The notes beneath the pieces were generated by a model, which saw only the letters and a program-made list of their open reading frames with translations, was not told where the DNA came from and made no database searches. The position numbers and the translations under genes are program-made. Positions 51,409-64,000 of a DNA stretch of 64,000 bases are shown here, piece by piece (position 1 is the stretch's first letter; every line of letters starts with the position of its first letter). Location of the stretch: assembly GCA_963676795.2 (NCBI GenBank), contig CAXXTB010000002.1:1824001-1888000 (forward strand), read 5' to 3'. The stretch is from Geopsychrobacteraceae bacterium. Lineage in GTDB: Bacteria; Desulfobacterota; Desulfuromonadia; Desulfuromonadales; Geopsychrobacteraceae.

Positions 51409-53339
51409 TATTTAGGCTCCTGTCTCAAACCGATCAGCGCCACCAGATCCCCGGCTGCAAATACAAAATCCGCTGAAGGGTTGGCCAGAAACTCTCCCTG
51501 GCGCAAAACGCCGACAACCGACTGACCGGTCAACTGGCGGATGTTGAGATCACGCAGACTGCGCCCGGTCAGGACACTCTGCTCGGACAGTTCCTGCCAG
51601 TCAAGTTCGAGCAGATCCCGTGAATTTTTCAGGATGTCGAAGGTCCCGCCTGCTTCACGACTGTTCATCGGGCTTCGATAGTGGTCACGTCTGACGGCAT
51701 CGGTAAACTTCTGGATCCGGGTCACCGGCATGTGCAGCCGCAAGAGGGCCTGCCTGGCCATCTCCATACCGGCTTCAAGCTGCGGCAGGATGACCATTTC
51801 TGCGCCATCCTCATAGAGCGCATCCATCTGCTGCGCCCCTGCCGAGCGGGCGACAATCGACAGACGGGGATACAGGCGATGGGCATGGCGGACCAGGGTT
51901 TCCGTCGTAGTGATATGTGGCAGGGTAATCAGCAGCTGCAGGGCTTCTGCAGGATTCGCCGCGTCCAGAACCGTTGTCTGGCTCGCATCACCGTAGATGA
52001 CAGGATATCCTGCGGCTTTGCAGTCTTCAACAGACTGGTGATTGAGTTCGATAATGACAAATTCGACCTCGAGCTGACGCAGAATCCGGGCGATATAGCG
52101 TCCCGTCTGCCCTCCCCCGGCAATGATGACATGCTGATGCAGGCCCTCTTTCGGCAGGTTGATCGTTTCCAACTGTTCGCGCTTGAAAAAACGCTGCTTC
52201 AACCTATAGAGCGAGCCGGTAAAACCGGACAACAGCGGCGTCAGCAACATACTGATAATGGTCGCCGAAAGGATGTAGGAATACTGTTCCGCCGTCAGGA
52301 AGCCGCCGGCATAACCGGTCTGACCGATGACGAAGGAGAACTCTCCGATCTGAAACATGGTCAGGCCGACCGCCAGCGGAATCACGTTCCCGTAGCCAAA
52401 GGCCCGGACGCTCACAGCCAGAATCAGGGCTTTGCCAACGACGATCAGGCCGACCAGCTCCAGCACCGCGGGCAGATGGGCGACCAGAAACAACGGATCG
52501 AGGAGCATCCCCACTGAGGTAAAAAAAAGCAGACCGAACAGGTCGCGCAGCGGAATGATGTCGCTCAGGGCCTGGTGACCGAAATCGGACTCGCTCAGGA
52601 CCATGCCGGCGACAAACGCACCGAACGCAAAAGAGAGGCCGGAAAGGTAAGTTGCATAGCCGATCCCCAGCCCGAAGGTCGTGACCGTCAGCAGAAACAG
52701 TTCACGCGAGTTCCAGCGTGCGACGATGGCAAGTGCCCTCGGCAGCAGGCGTGTCCCGAGTAACAACATGACCAGCAGAAAGGCCACCGACTTGACGATG
52801 GCGACTGCGAGCAGAGGCAGACCGGCTTGCGGATTGGTGATCTGGGGCAGGACGATGAGCAGTGGAACAACGGCCAGATCCTGAACGATCAGAATCCCGA
52901 TCATGACCCGGCTTGACAGAGCACCGAGCAGGCCATGGGCCATCAGGGTCTTGAGGATGACCATGGTGCTGGACAGAGCGGCGATGCCGCCGAGCCACAA
53001 AGAAGGACCGTGCTCCCAACCGAGCAGCGAACCGATCCAGTAGCCGTAGGCGATAGTCAGAAGAATCTGTAGCGGAGCCCCGATCAGGGCGACATACCTG
53101 ACCGGCCTGAGTTTTTTGAGGGAGAATTCCAGCCCCAGGGCAAACAACAGCAGGGCAACCCCGATCTCGGAGAGTTGCTCGACCATATGAACATCATTGA
53201 CCAGCCCTATGGCATATGGGCCGATGGCAACGCCAACCAGAATATAGCCGAGGATCAGGGGCTGCCTGAGTTTCTGTGCAATCAGTGCGCCGATCAGTGC
53301 GGCAGAGACGATGACAATGATATCGGCAGTCCCCCCCAT
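51408..53339 (-). CDS. CPA2 cation:proton antiporter with TrkA-N and TrkA-C domains (Kef-like)
   Basis: [38 protein letters not shown]. Confidence 0.9.
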   Translation of the reverse strand: MGGTADIIVIVSAALIGALIAQKLRQPLILGYILVGVAIGPYAIGLVNDVHMVEQLSEIGVALLLFALGLEFSLKKLRPVRYVALIGAPLQILLTIAYGYWIGSLLGWEHGPSLWLGGIAALSSTMVILKTLMAHGLLGALSSRVMIGILIVQDLAVVPLLIVLPQITNPQAGLPLLAVAIVKSVAFLLVMLLLGTRLLPRALAIVARWNSRELFLLTVTTFGLGIGYATYLSGLSFAFGAFVAGMVLSESDFGHQALSDIIPLRDLFGLLFFTSVGMLLDPLFLVAHLPAVLELVGLIVVGKALILAVSVRAFGYGNVIPLAVGLTMFQIGEFSFVIGQTGYAGGFLTAEQYSYILSATIISMLLTPLLSGFTGSLYRLKQRFFKREQLETINLPKEGLHQHVIIAGGGQTGRYIARILRQLEVEFVIIELNHQSVEDCKAAGYPVIYGDASQTTVLDAANPAEALQLLITLPHITTTETLVRHAHRLYPRLSIVARSAGAQQMDALYEDGAEMVILPQLEAGMEMARQALLRLHMPVTRIQKFTDAVRRDHYRSPMNSREAGGTFDILKNSRDLLELDWQELSEQSVLTGRSLRDLNIRQLTGQSVVGVLRQGEFLANPSADFVFAAGDLVALIGLRQEPK

Positions 53340-53358
53340 CAGACGGTAACCTCCATCG

Positions 53359-54204
53359 CTATAAGCCGTGACCGCGACCGAGCAGCTCAGTCGCATTCAT
53401 GACAACCATAAACGCCTCCCTGTCAGTCTGCCTGACGATCTCCTTAAGCAAAGCGATCCTGCGTGCGTCAACAGTCAGAAAAATCAGCTTCTTATTTTCG
53501 CCCAACAACCCTTCGCCCTGCAGAATCGTTCCGTACTGGCCTAGCTGCTCGACAATCCGCTCCTTGAGCAGATCCGCCTGGTTCGAAGTGATATGCACAA
53601 TCTTCTCGCTCACCGCCCCGCCGGTCAGAATCAGGTCGACCGCGCGGGCGGTGACATAGATGGTAATCAGACTCCAGAGCGCCCTGTCGATCTGCTGAAA
53701 AACGATGGCCGATGCTGCAATAATGAAGAAATCGAAGGCGAGCAGAACCTGCCCGGAAGAGAAACGGCTCCTGGCGGCAATCAACCTGGCAATGATCGTC
53801 GTCCCCCCGGCCGATCCCTGCCCCTTGAGCACCAGGCCTACTCCGGCGCCAATAAAGACACCGCCGTAGAGGGCGGCCAGCAGCGGTTCGTGACTCAAAG
53901 CCTCGAGCTTCAGGATCTCTCTCATCAGATCGACGAGAACAAAGCTGAGGATAATCGCACCGAGCGACCTCAAAGCAAAGCCACGGCCAAGGATCTTCCA
54001 GCCGGCCAGCAGCAGCGGAATGTTGACGATCACCATCAGCAGGCCGATCGGCAGGCCGAGCAGGTAATTGAGCAGGATCGCCATCCCCGGCGTTCCGCCC
54101 GAGGCGATTTTATTGGGTGCCAGGAACAGCGCGACCCCGACGGCAAGCAGGGCCGAGCCGATCACCAGAAAGAACAGGTTGCGTAACTCTGCAGCTAACC
54201 GCAT
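53359..54204 (-). CDS. YitT family membrane protein
   Basis: [25 protein letters not shown]. Confidence 0.88.
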   Translation of the reverse strand: MRLAAELRNLFFLVIGSALLAVGVALFLAPNKIASGGTPGMAILLNYLLGLPIGLLMVIVNIPLLLAGWKILGRGFALRSLGAIILSFVLVDLMREILKLEALSHEPLLAALYGGVFIGAGVGLVLKGQGSAGGTTIIARLIAARSRFSSGQVLLAFDFFIIAASAIVFQQIDRALWSLITIYVTARAVDLILTGGAVSEKIVHITSNQADLLKERIVEQLGQYGTILQGEGLLGENKKLIFLTVDARRIALLKEIVRQTDREAFMVVMNATELLGRGHGL

Positions 54205-54210
54205 AGCAGT

Positions 54211-54981
54211 CTACTTGAGGCCCTCAATCACGGCCGAGACCTCTTCTTTAAGCTGCTTGGCCGCCGGATCCTGTTCAAGCCGCAGGAATTGCTGAAAATG
54301 CTCAACCGCCTCTTCACTGCGATCCAGGTCGAGACAGACATAGCCCAGGGTCAGGTAACCGGGTGCGTAACCGGCGTCCACGCTTAACCCCTTGAGACAG
54401 TATTCCTCAGCCTGTTCCAGCACCTCATCTTCATAGTAAAGTTCGGCCAGATTAACATAGGGCTGCGGATCGCTGTTATCGATCTCCAGGGCATGCTGAT
54501 AACTGAGCTTGGCCTCTTCCTTTTTCCCCATCGCGACGCAGATATCGCCGAGGGCATTGCAGGCATAGGCCGACTCAGGATCGATTTTCAGCGCTTTGCG
54601 ACAGGCATCCTCAGCCGCCTCCAGATCGTCGATATTGACATAGGCCATCGCCTTGCTGACCCAGGCATCGATGTCCTGACCATCCAGATCGATGATTTTC
54701 TGGTAGGTCGCAATCGCCTCAGCGTTGCGGTTTTCTTCCAGGTAAAGATCACCGAGCAGATAGAGCAGATCGAGATCTTCAGCATCGATATCAAGAGCCA
54801 GAGACAGATTGTCATGGGCTTTTTTCAGCATACCCAGTTCGATCTGCGCTTCGGCCAGCAAGGTCAGGGTCTGCAGGGACTTTTCGGTCCCGGCCGCCTG
54901 AGCGAAAAGCTTCTCGGCCGCTTTGGCATTCCCCTCTTCGAGATTCCTGATCCCCTGATCGATCAGATCATCCAGCTCCAT
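54211..54981 (-). CDS. Tetratricopeptide repeat protein
   Basis: About seven acidic TPR repeats; GGAGGA RBS before MELDD. Confidence 0.85.
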   Translation of the reverse strand: MELDDLIDQGIRNLEEGNAKAAEKLFAQAAGTEKSLQTLTLLAEAQIELGMLKKAHDNLSLALDIDAEDLDLLYLLGDLYLEENRNAEAIATYQKIIDLDGQDIDAWVSKAMAYVNIDDLEAAEDACRKALKIDPESAYACNALGDICVAMGKKEEAKLSYQHALEIDNSDPQPYVNLAELYYEDEVLEQAEEYCLKGLSVDAGYAPGYLTLGYVCLDLDRSEEAVEHFQQFLRLEQDPAAKQLKEEVSAVIEGLK

Positions 54982-54994
54982 GGTCTCCTCCTGT

Positions 54995-55381
54995 TCAAGA
55001 ACGCTGACGAACAACCTCAATCCGGTAACCGTCCGGATCGGTTAAAAAATAAAACATCGACTCGCCGTCACTCAATCCTTTTAACGGAGTCGGGTTCAAA
55101 CCCATTTCCGTATGGCGCTGATGGGACGCTTCAAGATCAGCAACCCCGACCGCCAGATGAGAATAGCCATTACCGATAACATAAGGCTCCTTCTGATCAT
55201 AATTGAAGGTCAGCTCGATTTCAAAAGGCAAGCCGGGTGACGTCAGATAGCTCAGAGTAAATCCGGCGTCCGGAAAATCTTTTTTACGAGAGATTTCAAA
55301 GCCGAAAGCTTCTGAGTAAAAACACTCTGAGGCCTCTAGGTTGATAACCCGATAACAGACGTGGATCATAGGATAATTCAT
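54995..55381 (-). CDS. gloA: Lactoylglutathione lyase / VOC family protein
   Basis: HVCYRV.NLE.S..FY, ELTFN, GNGYSHLA, DPDGYRIE. Confidence 0.82.
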   Translation of the reverse strand: MNYPMIHVCYRVINLEASECFYSEAFGFEISRKKDFPDAGFTLSYLTSPGLPFEIELTFNYDQKEPYVIGNGYSHLAVGVADLEASHQRHTEMGLNPTPLKGLSDGESMFYFLTDPDGYRIEVVRQRS

Positions 55382-55445
55382 TATTTTGTCCTCCATGTCG
55401 ATGGAAAAATTGACTTGCACACAGGGGCTCATTATAGTCGCCAGC

Positions 55446-56159
55446 ATGAAAGCGATATTCCTGGCAGATGCCCACCTGCGCAATGTGCAGGATACAAACT
55501 ATCAAGTATTGCTCGAGTTTCTCAACCAGCAAAAGGATCTTGACGCCCTTTTTCTGCTGGGAGATATCTTCGAATTCTGGTACGGCTATGAAAATGTCGT
55601 CTTTTCAGCCTATGTCCCGATCCTTGAAACTCTGCGGCGCCTCTCCGCAGCCGGAACCCGGATCGTCTTTGTCGAGGGGAATCACGATTTCAACATCGGC
55701 CCCTATTTTTCCCAGGAGCTGAACTGCCGGATCATGACGGAACCGGGCATCATCGAGTGGGATGGGCTGACCATGCTGCTCTGCCACGGCGACCAGCTCA
55801 AAAGAGACCCTTTCTATGCTCTCCTCCGGGCGTTCTGGCGCTCCCATCCACTGAAATGGCTGTCCTGGCTGGTGTCACCGGACCTCGTCTGGCGTTTCGG
55901 CATCTGGCTGAGCAATAAAAGCGACAAACATAAAGCAGACCGAACCCATTACGATCCGACCCCTCATCTGACTGCGGAAGCCAAAAAACAGCAGGGCAGA
56001 ATTCAGGCGCTGATCTGCGGCCACTACCATTATCCGCTTGCAACCGAGTACCAATCGGTCAGGATTGTCGCTCTGGGGGACTGGATCCACCAGTTCTCAT
56101 ACCTGGAAATTCTCGACGGTCGGTTTGAGCTGAAAAGCTACTCCCCTGCTCATTCCTGA
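55446..56159 (+). CDS. lpxH: UDP-2,3-diacylglucosamine diphosphatase (metallophosphoesterase)
   Basis: DAHL, LGDIFEFW, GNHD, HGD, GHYH, GDW. Confidence 0.85.
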   Translation: MKAIFLADAHLRNVQDTNYQVLLEFLNQQKDLDALFLLGDIFEFWYGYENVVFSAYVPILETLRRLSAAGTRIVFVEGNHDFNIGPYFSQELNCRIMTEPGIIEWDGLTMLLCHGDQLKRDPFYALLRAFWRSHPLKWLSWLVSPDLVWRFGIWLSNKSDKHKADRTHYDPTPHLTAEAKKQQGRIQALICGHYHYPLATEYQSVRIVALGDWIHQFSYLEILDGRFELKSYSPAHS

Positions 56160-57517
56160 GTATCGCTCATCAGATTCTGATCTCCAAGCGACGCGACAAG
56201 ATCACGTAGAGTCGCCTGCCCTGCGGCCTCACCAACGGCCACAGCGACCTGTCCAGCCAGTTCGTGAGCGATACGGGTCTGCGGATGCGGATAGAGGTGC
56301 AGCAACGACTCACCATGATTGTCCAGAGCGTCATAGATAGCGGCGACGCTCAGGTTCTCAGCCGAACGCCCCAGCTGATAGCGACAGCGGCCGCTGCGAC
56401 TTGTCAGTTCCGTAACAAACCCGACCTTCTGCAGCACCCCCATGATCGACCGGCACAGGCGCGGTGGCAGATAGAGCAGCCGCGACAGCTCCTCCAGGCT
56501 CAATGGCGCCTGGCCTGACTGAAAGCGCTGCGCCAGGGTCATCAGCAGGATCAGAGCCACCTGGACAAAATCTCTGCGGCTGATCTCTGAACTGCGCAGA
56601 TCGCGTCCGCTGGTACGCAGGTTCTGCTTGACGTAACAGACCCCGAGGCCAAACAGGACGATCACCCAGGACAGGTAGAGCCAGACCATGAAGACAGGAA
56701 CCGCTGCCATGGTTCCATAGATAGCGTTATAGCGACCGACGCCGAGCTGAAAATGAACATAACCCAGCTGGGCCAGTTGCCAGAGAGTTCCGCCAACAAC
56801 GCCCCCGAAAAAAGCGGCGCGCCAGTCGACGCGAATATTCGACATGAAGACATAGAGTGCGGTGAAAGCCAGCCACATGAAAACAAAGGGCGAAACCTTG
56901 AGCAGCAGCACGAGAAGATCCCCGACCCACTGCATCTCGAACAGCTTCTGCAGCATCCGGTTGCTCAGCAGCGTCGAGGTGCTGGATATCGCGGCAATCA
57001 GCAGCACGGGACCGACCAGGACAATCGTCAGATAATCGGCGAAACGCCGCAGTACCGGCCGGACGTCTTTGACCCCCCAGATATCGTTGAAATTCTTCTC
57101 GACATTGGTCAACAGTGAGACAACAGCAATTACCAGAAAAATCAGCCCAAAGACACCGAGCTGCGCAACCTGAGTGTTGTTGATATATGCGAGAATCGCA
57201 TCGACAACCCGCCCATCCCCGACATTGAGTTTTTCAACGATCAGCGGCTGAATAAGATTCTGCACACCGAAGGCCTTAAGCAGGGTAAAGACCAGAGCCA
57301 GCAGAGGAACCAGGGAGAGCATAGTGTAGTAGGTCAGCGATGAAGCGCGCATCATGCACTGATTATGGGAAAAATCCCGGAACACCAGAACGACGGTCTG
57401 CAACTGGCGCAACAGGATGCGCTGCAGAAAGGTCAGCTCTCGTGGATTGCGCCCCCACAGCCAGTTATCGACAGCCTGCCGGAAACGCTCAAGTTGTGAT
57501 TGTTCGTCAGTCATCAT
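56150..57517 (-). CDS. YihY/virulence factor BrkB family protein with C-terminal winged HTH
   Basis: ASSLTYYT.LSLVP, FN.IW, YNAIYG..A.VP.F..W.Y.SW. Confidence 0.88.
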   Translation of the reverse strand: MMTDEQSQLERFRQAVDNWLWGRNPRELTFLQRILLRQLQTVVLVFRDFSHNQCMMRASSLTYYTMLSLVPLLALVFTLLKAFGVQNLIQPLIVEKLNVGDGRVVDAILAYINNTQVAQLGVFGLIFLVIAVVSLLTNVEKNFNDIWGVKDVRPVLRRFADYLTIVLVGPVLLIAAISSTSTLLSNRMLQKLFEMQWVGDLLVLLLKVSPFVFMWLAFTALYVFMSNIRVDWRAAFFGGVVGGTLWQLAQLGYVHFQLGVGRYNAIYGTMAAVPVFMVWLYLSWVIVLFGLGVCYVKQNLRTSGRDLRSSEISRRDFVQVALILLMTLAQRFQSGQAPLSLEELSRLLYLPPRLCRSIMGVLQKVGFVTELTSRSGRCRYQLGRSAENLSVAAIYDALDNHGESLLHLYPHPQTRIAHELAGQVAVAVGEAAGQATLRDLVASLGDQNLMSDTQE

Positions 57518-57540
57518 ACCCCGTGCATATGTGAGATCTG

Positions 57541-58956
57541 TTACAGGTCAACCTGTTTGACGGGCAGCCCGAACTGTTGCAACGAATCAACAAAGAGTTC
57601 GCTTTTGCCAACAAGTATAATCTGCAGATGGTCAGGTTTCAGGTATTTTTCTGCAGCCCGGCGCACATCCTCAACCGTCACCGCGGCAATATTGCGCCGG
57701 TAATCTTCCAGATAACCCTGCGGATAGTCGTAGAAATCGAGCCTCACCTGTCGCGCCACCACGGCATGGCAGTTATCAAAAGCAAAGACAAAGGAATTGA
57801 TCAGGCTTTCCTTGGCCAGACTCAGCTCCTGCTCGGCGACAGGGGCGTCGAGCAGCGCCTGGAGCTGCTCCAGCATCAGACGCACAACCTCGGCTGTCGA
57901 TGCGCTTTTGGTCTCCGCAGCGGCGACAAACAACTGCGGCAGTCTCCTGCCGATATTGAAATAAGAATAGACCGAATAAGCCAGGCCCCGGTTGGAGCGG
58001 ATCTCGCGCATCAGCCGCGAATTGAAGCCGCCGCCACCGAGGATATAATTGGCCACCTGCAGGGCGTACATATCGGGGTTGTCCTTGCTGATTCCGCGCT
58101 GCCCCATCAGAATGGTGGTCTGGGGCAGGTCCTTGTCGGCAACAAGGATCCGGGCCTCGGACTCCTCCGGCAGCGGCGGCAGCGCCGGCGTGGCGGGCAC
58201 CCCTGCCGGCCAGTCGGCAAACTGGCTGTCAAGCAGTTGATCCAGCTCCCCCCGGGTCAGGTCGCCGGACACGGCCAGCCAGATGTTACCCGCGCGGAAA
58301 CAGCGTGAATGAAGAGCGACCAGGTCCTGCCTGCTGATGGCATTGACGGTCTCAACCCTGGCCTGGCGGCCGAACGGGTGTCCGGGAGCCGTCTCTTCCG
58401 CCAGCAAGCGGGCTGCGATTCCGGCCGGATTGTCATTCCTGCGATAAATGGCTTCGAGCATCTGGTGACGGACCAGTTCAAAGCGTTCAGCATCAAACTG
58501 CGGCCTGCGCAGCAGATCGGCCAGTAACCGCAGCCCCAATGCGAGATCCCGGCGATGCAGCGACAGGTCGATCTGGTAGCTGTAATCTGTCGCCCCGACG
58601 GACAGTTCGATCGCCCTCGATTCGAGTTCAGTATCAACCTGCTCAGGAGTCAGATCGCCAAAACCGCCACTTTCGAGGGTTGCGGCAAACAGTTCTGACA
58701 GACCGGTCAGCTCTTGGGGATCGTAAAGACTACCTCCGGCCAGGGTGACACTGATATTGACCAGCGGCAGTTCATGATTCTCGTTCAGATAGACCTGCAT
58801 GCCGTTTTCGAGGCGATAGCGGGTCACTTCAGGGAGCGCGAAATTCAATGCGGGAAAGCTCAGCTGATCAGGCCTTAGCTGTCCGCCCAGGTTGACTGGG
58901 ACCTGACAACCGGCAAGCAGAAAAACAAGAAAAGTCGTTATGACGATACGCAACAT
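57541..58956 (-). CDS. M16 peptidase, non-catalytic subunit (lipoprotein)
   Basis: Lipobox LAGC, L.NG..V, LGGGGFNSRL..EIR..RGLAY; no HxxEH. Confidence 0.88.
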   Translation of the reverse strand: MLRIVITTFLVFLLAGCQVPVNLGGQLRPDQLSFPALNFALPEVTRYRLENGMQVYLNENHELPLVNISVTLAGGSLYDPQELTGLSELFAATLESGGFGDLTPEQVDTELESRAIELSVGATDYSYQIDLSLHRRDLALGLRLLADLLRRPQFDAERFELVRHQMLEAIYRRNDNPAGIAARLLAEETAPGHPFGRQARVETVNAISRQDLVALHSRCFRAGNIWLAVSGDLTRGELDQLLDSQFADWPAGVPATPALPPLPEESEARILVADKDLPQTTILMGQRGISKDNPDMYALQVANYILGGGGFNSRLMREIRSNRGLAYSVYSYFNIGRRLPQLFVAAAETKSASTAEVVRLMLEQLQALLDAPVAEQELSLAKESLINSFVFAFDNCHAVVARQVRLDFYDYPQGYLEDYRRNIAAVTVEDVRRAAEKYLKPDHLQIILVGKSELFVDSLQQFGLPVKQVDL

Positions 58957-58958
58957 GA

Positions 58959-60443
58959 TCAGCCCCCTTCCCGACCGACAAGTGCAACGGTCCTGTTATC
59001 CGCCGTCAGGTAACGTTGCGCGACCCGGGCCAGTTCTTCGGCGGACACGGACTCGATCTGCTGCTGGTAATCTTCCAGATAGCGCCAGCCGCCGAGGGCT
59101 TCAAAGGATGACAGGGTCCTGGCCAGGCCGCTGTTGCTCTGCATTCTCCTGAGCAGCGACATGGTGATCTGACGCCGCGCCTTGTCAAGCTCCGCAGCTG
59201 TGACGCCCTGCCTCAGCAAGTCAAGTTCCCGATAGATCGCCTCCTCGATGGCTGAGACTGCCACCCCCTGACGCGGGGTCGCACTGACAATCATCAGGTT
59301 GGGATAACGTGAACCGGGGGCGGAAAAGACACCGACATCCGTGGCCAGCTGCTTGTCGAGAACAAGCGCGCGATAAAGACGCGAGGTTCTCCCTGCGCCG
59401 AGAATCTCCATCAACAGATCGAAGACATAATCCTCACGCTGCGGGGCGGCCGGCTTGTGATAGGCGATCATCAACCCCGGCTCGGCATCAAAACGGACCT
59501 TGATACGCCGTTCGCCCTGCTGGGTCGGCTCGACCGCCGTCACCGGCGGAACCTGTTCTCCGGAGGGCAGCTTGCCGAAGTAACGCTTGATCAAGGCCAG
59601 CGCGTTATCGCCATGAAAATCGCCAACCAGAGTGATGACCATGTTGGCCGGCGTGTAGTAGCGGGAATAAAGCGACCTGATATCATCCGGGGTCAGATTC
59701 GCGATATCCGATCCCCAGCCGATGGTCGGCTCACGGTATGGATGAACCTTGAATGCCGTCGCCAGCAAAGATTCATAGAGAAGTCCGTTTGGATTGCTTT
59801 CATAGGAGCGCCTGCGCTCCTCGTAAACGACATCCCGCTCGGTATAGAATTCGCGGAAGACCGCGTTGGCCAGCCGATCGGACTCAATGGCAGCCCAGAG
59901 TTCGAGTTTGTTGGCAGGCAGGTTGATCAGGTAGGTCGTCTGGTCCTTGCCGGTGAAGGCGTTGAAGCCGACACCGCCATTTTCGGCATAGATCTTCGAG
60001 AATTCATCCTTGACGACAAGCTGCTTATGCTCCTTCTGCAGGGCCTTCAGCTCAGCCCGCATTTTTTCTAGAGCAACCGGGTCGCTCTCCGGCAGATTTT
60101 TCAGCCGGTCGATCTTACCACCGACAGTCTCGATCCTGTCGAGCAGCGGCTTCTCTTCGGCATAATTTTTCGTGCCGAGAACCCTGGTTCCCTTGAACAG
60201 CATATGCTCGAGCAGATGCGCCGCGCCGCGCTGCTCACTCGTCTCGTTGACCGATCCGACCTTGAAACTGATATAGGCCGAAACGGTCGGAGAACCATGA
60301 CGCTCGACAAAGAGAACGGTCGCCCCGTTTGCCAGGCGGTGTTCCTGAACCCTGTCCGCGAGGGAGGCGGCTGCCACAGCCGGAACGGAGAAAAGGACTG
60401 TCAGCACCACGAGAAATAATCTGAAAACCATATATTCACCCAT
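58959..60443 (-). CDS. M16 peptidase, catalytic subunit
   Basis: Signal peptide, GAAHLLEHMLFKG, NAFT, ER.VV.EERR; start may be 60431. Confidence 0.92.
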   Translation of the reverse strand: MGEYMVFRLFLVVLTVLFSVPAVAAASLADRVQEHRLANGATVLFVERHGSPTVSAYISFKVGSVNETSEQRGAAHLLEHMLFKGTRVLGTKNYAEEKPLLDRIETVGGKIDRLKNLPESDPVALEKMRAELKALQKEHKQLVVKDEFSKIYAENGGVGFNAFTGKDQTTYLINLPANKLELWAAIESDRLANAVFREFYTERDVVYEERRRSYESNPNGLLYESLLATAFKVHPYREPTIGWGSDIANLTPDDIRSLYSRYYTPANMVITLVGDFHGDNALALIKRYFGKLPSGEQVPPVTAVEPTQQGERRIKVRFDAEPGLMIAYHKPAAPQREDYVFDLLMEILGAGRTSRLYRALVLDKQLATDVGVFSAPGSRYPNLMIVSATPRQGVAVSAIEEAIYRELDLLRQGVTAAELDKARRQITMSLLRRMQSNSGLARTLSSFEALGGWRYLEDYQQQIESVSAEELARVAQRYLTADNRTVALVGREGG

Positions 60444-60678
60444 CTATCTGAATTCTGTGCCATTCATTCCAGTCTATAGCAAAAATGAACCCGGAATCCA
60501 CCTCCCCAGCGACCAGCAGCGGAATTTTGCCCGACACCACCAGCGGCAGTGATAGTTTTGCAGTATAATTCGACATGGTCCACACTCTAATGTGCCACAG
60601 ACAAGATCACAAGTGCGGGATTGTAAAGAGTTCACTATTACAACAAATCTATTAGTCACAAATGAGGATTCCACGAAT

Positions 60679-61641
60679 ATGAAACGAATTGCTGTTCTGA
60701 CCAGCGGTGGTGATTGTTCCGGCATGAATGCGACGGTACGCGCTGTTGTCCGTGCCGGTGTGGCAAGCGGTCTTGAAGTCATCGGCTTCCACAAGGGCTA
60801 CCAGGGGGTGATCGACCGACTTTACGAACGGATGGACACCCGCTCCGTGAGCAATGTCCTGCAGCGCGGCGGCACCTTTCTGCAGAGCGCCAGATGCAAG
60901 GAGATGCGTACGGAACCCGGATTGAGGCTGGCCTGCGATAATATCAAAGGGCTGGGCATCGAAGGACTGGTCGTGATCGGGGGGGACGGCTCATTACGTG
61001 GCGCCCAGGCGATTTCACAACAGGGGATCGCGGTCATCGGTATCCCCGCTTCAATCGACAACGACATCCCCTATACCTCTATGTCGCTCGGCGTCGATAC
61101 CGCCCTGAACAACATCATTCGCGCCGTCGACAACCTCAAGGACACCGCATCCTCACATAACAGAACGTTCGTCGTAGAAACCATGGGTAGAAACTGCGGA
61201 TACCTGGCGGCCATCTCGGCCATTGCGACCGGAGCCGAATTCTGCCTGATCCCGGAACAGCCCTACGATATCGCCCAAGTCTGCAGTGAGCTGCGCAATC
61301 GCTACCGTGAAGGACGCACCAACTCCGTTATTATCGTCGCAGAAGGGGCCGGCAAAGCGGAGGAGATCGCCAACCAGGTCAAGGACAGCATCGGTTTCGA
61401 AACCAGGATCACCGTCCTGGGCCACTATCAGCGGGGAGGTTCTCCGAGCGCTTTTGACCGTCTGCTCGCGGCGCGTTTCGGCCAGGCGGCCGTCGATGCC
61501 CTGCTCCAGGGCCGAAGCGGCGTCATGGTCGGCTTGCAATGTGAAGAAATGACCCTGACCGAGCTGGAAAAGGTCACCAGCAGCGACAGCCGGGCGATCG
61601 ATCCGGTTTTCACCCAACTGGCGAACAGGCTCTCGATCTGA
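60679..61641 (+). CDS. pfkA: 6-phosphofructokinase
   Basis: LTSGGD..GMNA, GGT.L.SAR, GGDGS, SIDND, MGR.CG, LGHYQRGG. Confidence 0.95.
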   Translation: MKRIAVLTSGGDCSGMNATVRAVVRAGVASGLEVIGFHKGYQGVIDRLYERMDTRSVSNVLQRGGTFLQSARCKEMRTEPGLRLACDNIKGLGIEGLVVIGGDGSLRGAQAISQQGIAVIGIPASIDNDIPYTSMSLGVDTALNNIIRAVDNLKDTASSHNRTFVVETMGRNCGYLAAISAIATGAEFCLIPEQPYDIAQVCSELRNRYREGRTNSVIIVAEGAGKAEEIANQVKDSIGFETRITVLGHYQRGGSPSAFDRLLAARFGQAAVDALLQGRSGVMVGLQCEEMTLTELEKVTSSDSRAIDPVFTQLANRLSI

Positions 61642-61650
61642 ACCGGTGAG

Positions 61651-62541
61651 CTACAGGAAGCGTTCGAGATCGCCAAGAGCTGCTTCCGCGGCCCGGCGCC
61701 CGATCGCGATCATCTCTTCGGCACGGTGGAACTCATAGATCGAACAGATATCCTTCGGCAGTTCGATGAGAACGTCCGGCGGGTAGCCGGCCAGTTTGAA
61801 ATTGGCGATGGTCGTCTGCATGGCGTCGATACTCTTGGAAAGCACATCGAACAGGCCACTTTCATCCTCCGCACCAGCACCGTTGTTCCACGGCAGGCTG
61901 TCGATGAATTCGATCAGCTTCTGATGGTAGGGGGTGCGCTCGGCGGCGGGTTCTGGTGAAGCACCCTGCCCGCCTGGCGGCCTGCTGCGCTTGCCGTTGA
62001 GACTGACAGCCACGGTCACATCGGTCAGATCACGCATGGTCGGGGCAATCGGAACCGGGTTGAGCAGACCACCATCGACCAGATTTCGCCCCTGATAATT
62101 GAAGGCGGCGATGACAGTCGGAAAAGCGATCGAAGCCCTGATCGCGTCGAACAACGGACCCGTTGACAGCCAGACCTCCTTGTTGGCATCGAGATCGGAG
62201 GCGACGGCGGTAAAGGCAACGGGCAGATCCTCGATATTCAGATCTCCGATCAGGCGGCGCAGGGTTGCTATGACCTTCTCCCCCTTGAACAGAGCGGTGC
62301 CACTGAAGGAGAGATCGAGCAAACGAATAACGTCGATCCTGTCAAGAGCACAGACCCAGTCCCGGAAAACATCGAGTTTACCGGTCGCATAGATCCCCCC
62401 GACCAGCGCCCCCATCGACGATCCGGAGATAGCTTTTATCCGGTAACCCTGCTCTTCCAGCACCTGGATAACCCCGATATGAACCAGTCCGCGTGCGCCC
62501 CCACTGCCAAGGACGAGAGAAATTGATTTCTCACCTGCCAT
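61651..62541 (-). CDS. Patatin-like phospholipase (RssA-like)
   Basis: GSGGARG..HIG, GSSMG, DGG. Confidence 0.92.
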   Translation of the reverse strand: MAGEKSISLVLGSGGARGLVHIGVIQVLEEQGYRIKAISGSSMGALVGGIYATGKLDVFRDWVCALDRIDVIRLLDLSFSGTALFKGEKVIATLRRLIGDLNIEDLPVAFTAVASDLDANKEVWLSTGPLFDAIRASIAFPTVIAAFNYQGRNLVDGGLLNPVPIAPTMRDLTDVTVAVSLNGKRSRPPGGQGASPEPAAERTPYHQKLIEFIDSLPWNNGAGAEDESGLFDVLSKSIDAMQTTIANFKLAGYPPDVLIELPKDICSIYEFHRAEEMIAIGRRAAEAALGDLERFL

Positions 62542-62589
62542 TGTATGATCCTTGAGTTCAGATGATATGCTGATAGCGACAAGTCTTGA

Positions 62590-64000
<1,411 letters not shown>

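Overview
Gene-dense, GC-rich bacterial chromosome segment. Gene content (PxxKW protein, HDOD-GGDEF proteins, cysE-rrf2-iscS-iscU-mnmA-mtaB operon) points to Desulfuromonadia/deltaproteobacteria; this is an inference from family recognition. Most of the window is housekeeping: tsaD, PhoH, class II RNR, Fe-S and tRNA thiolation genes, fumarase, deaD, cfa, miaB, metF, split metH, phosphoglucomutase, lpxH, pfkA and purB. Main points of interest: (1) a TonB-dependent receptor / YfiR / YfiN-like-sensor hybrid kinase / REC-GGDEF-EAL operon, followed by two HDOD-GGDEF cyclases and preceded by a stand-alone MshEN protein, forming a candidate trans-envelope c-di-GMP relay; (2) an unannotated candidate sigma54-dependent small RNA at about 8.1 kb with a possible enhancer, an IHF-like site, two hairpins, a C/U-rich seed and a terminator; (3) a 52-aa rubredoxin absent from the ORF track, lying at the end of the split methionine synthase operon; (4) an inverted doublet of hairpin repeats at about 48.7 kb. 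No rRNA, tRNA, CRISPR array or intact transposase was seen. All protein calls come from motif recognition, not database searches.
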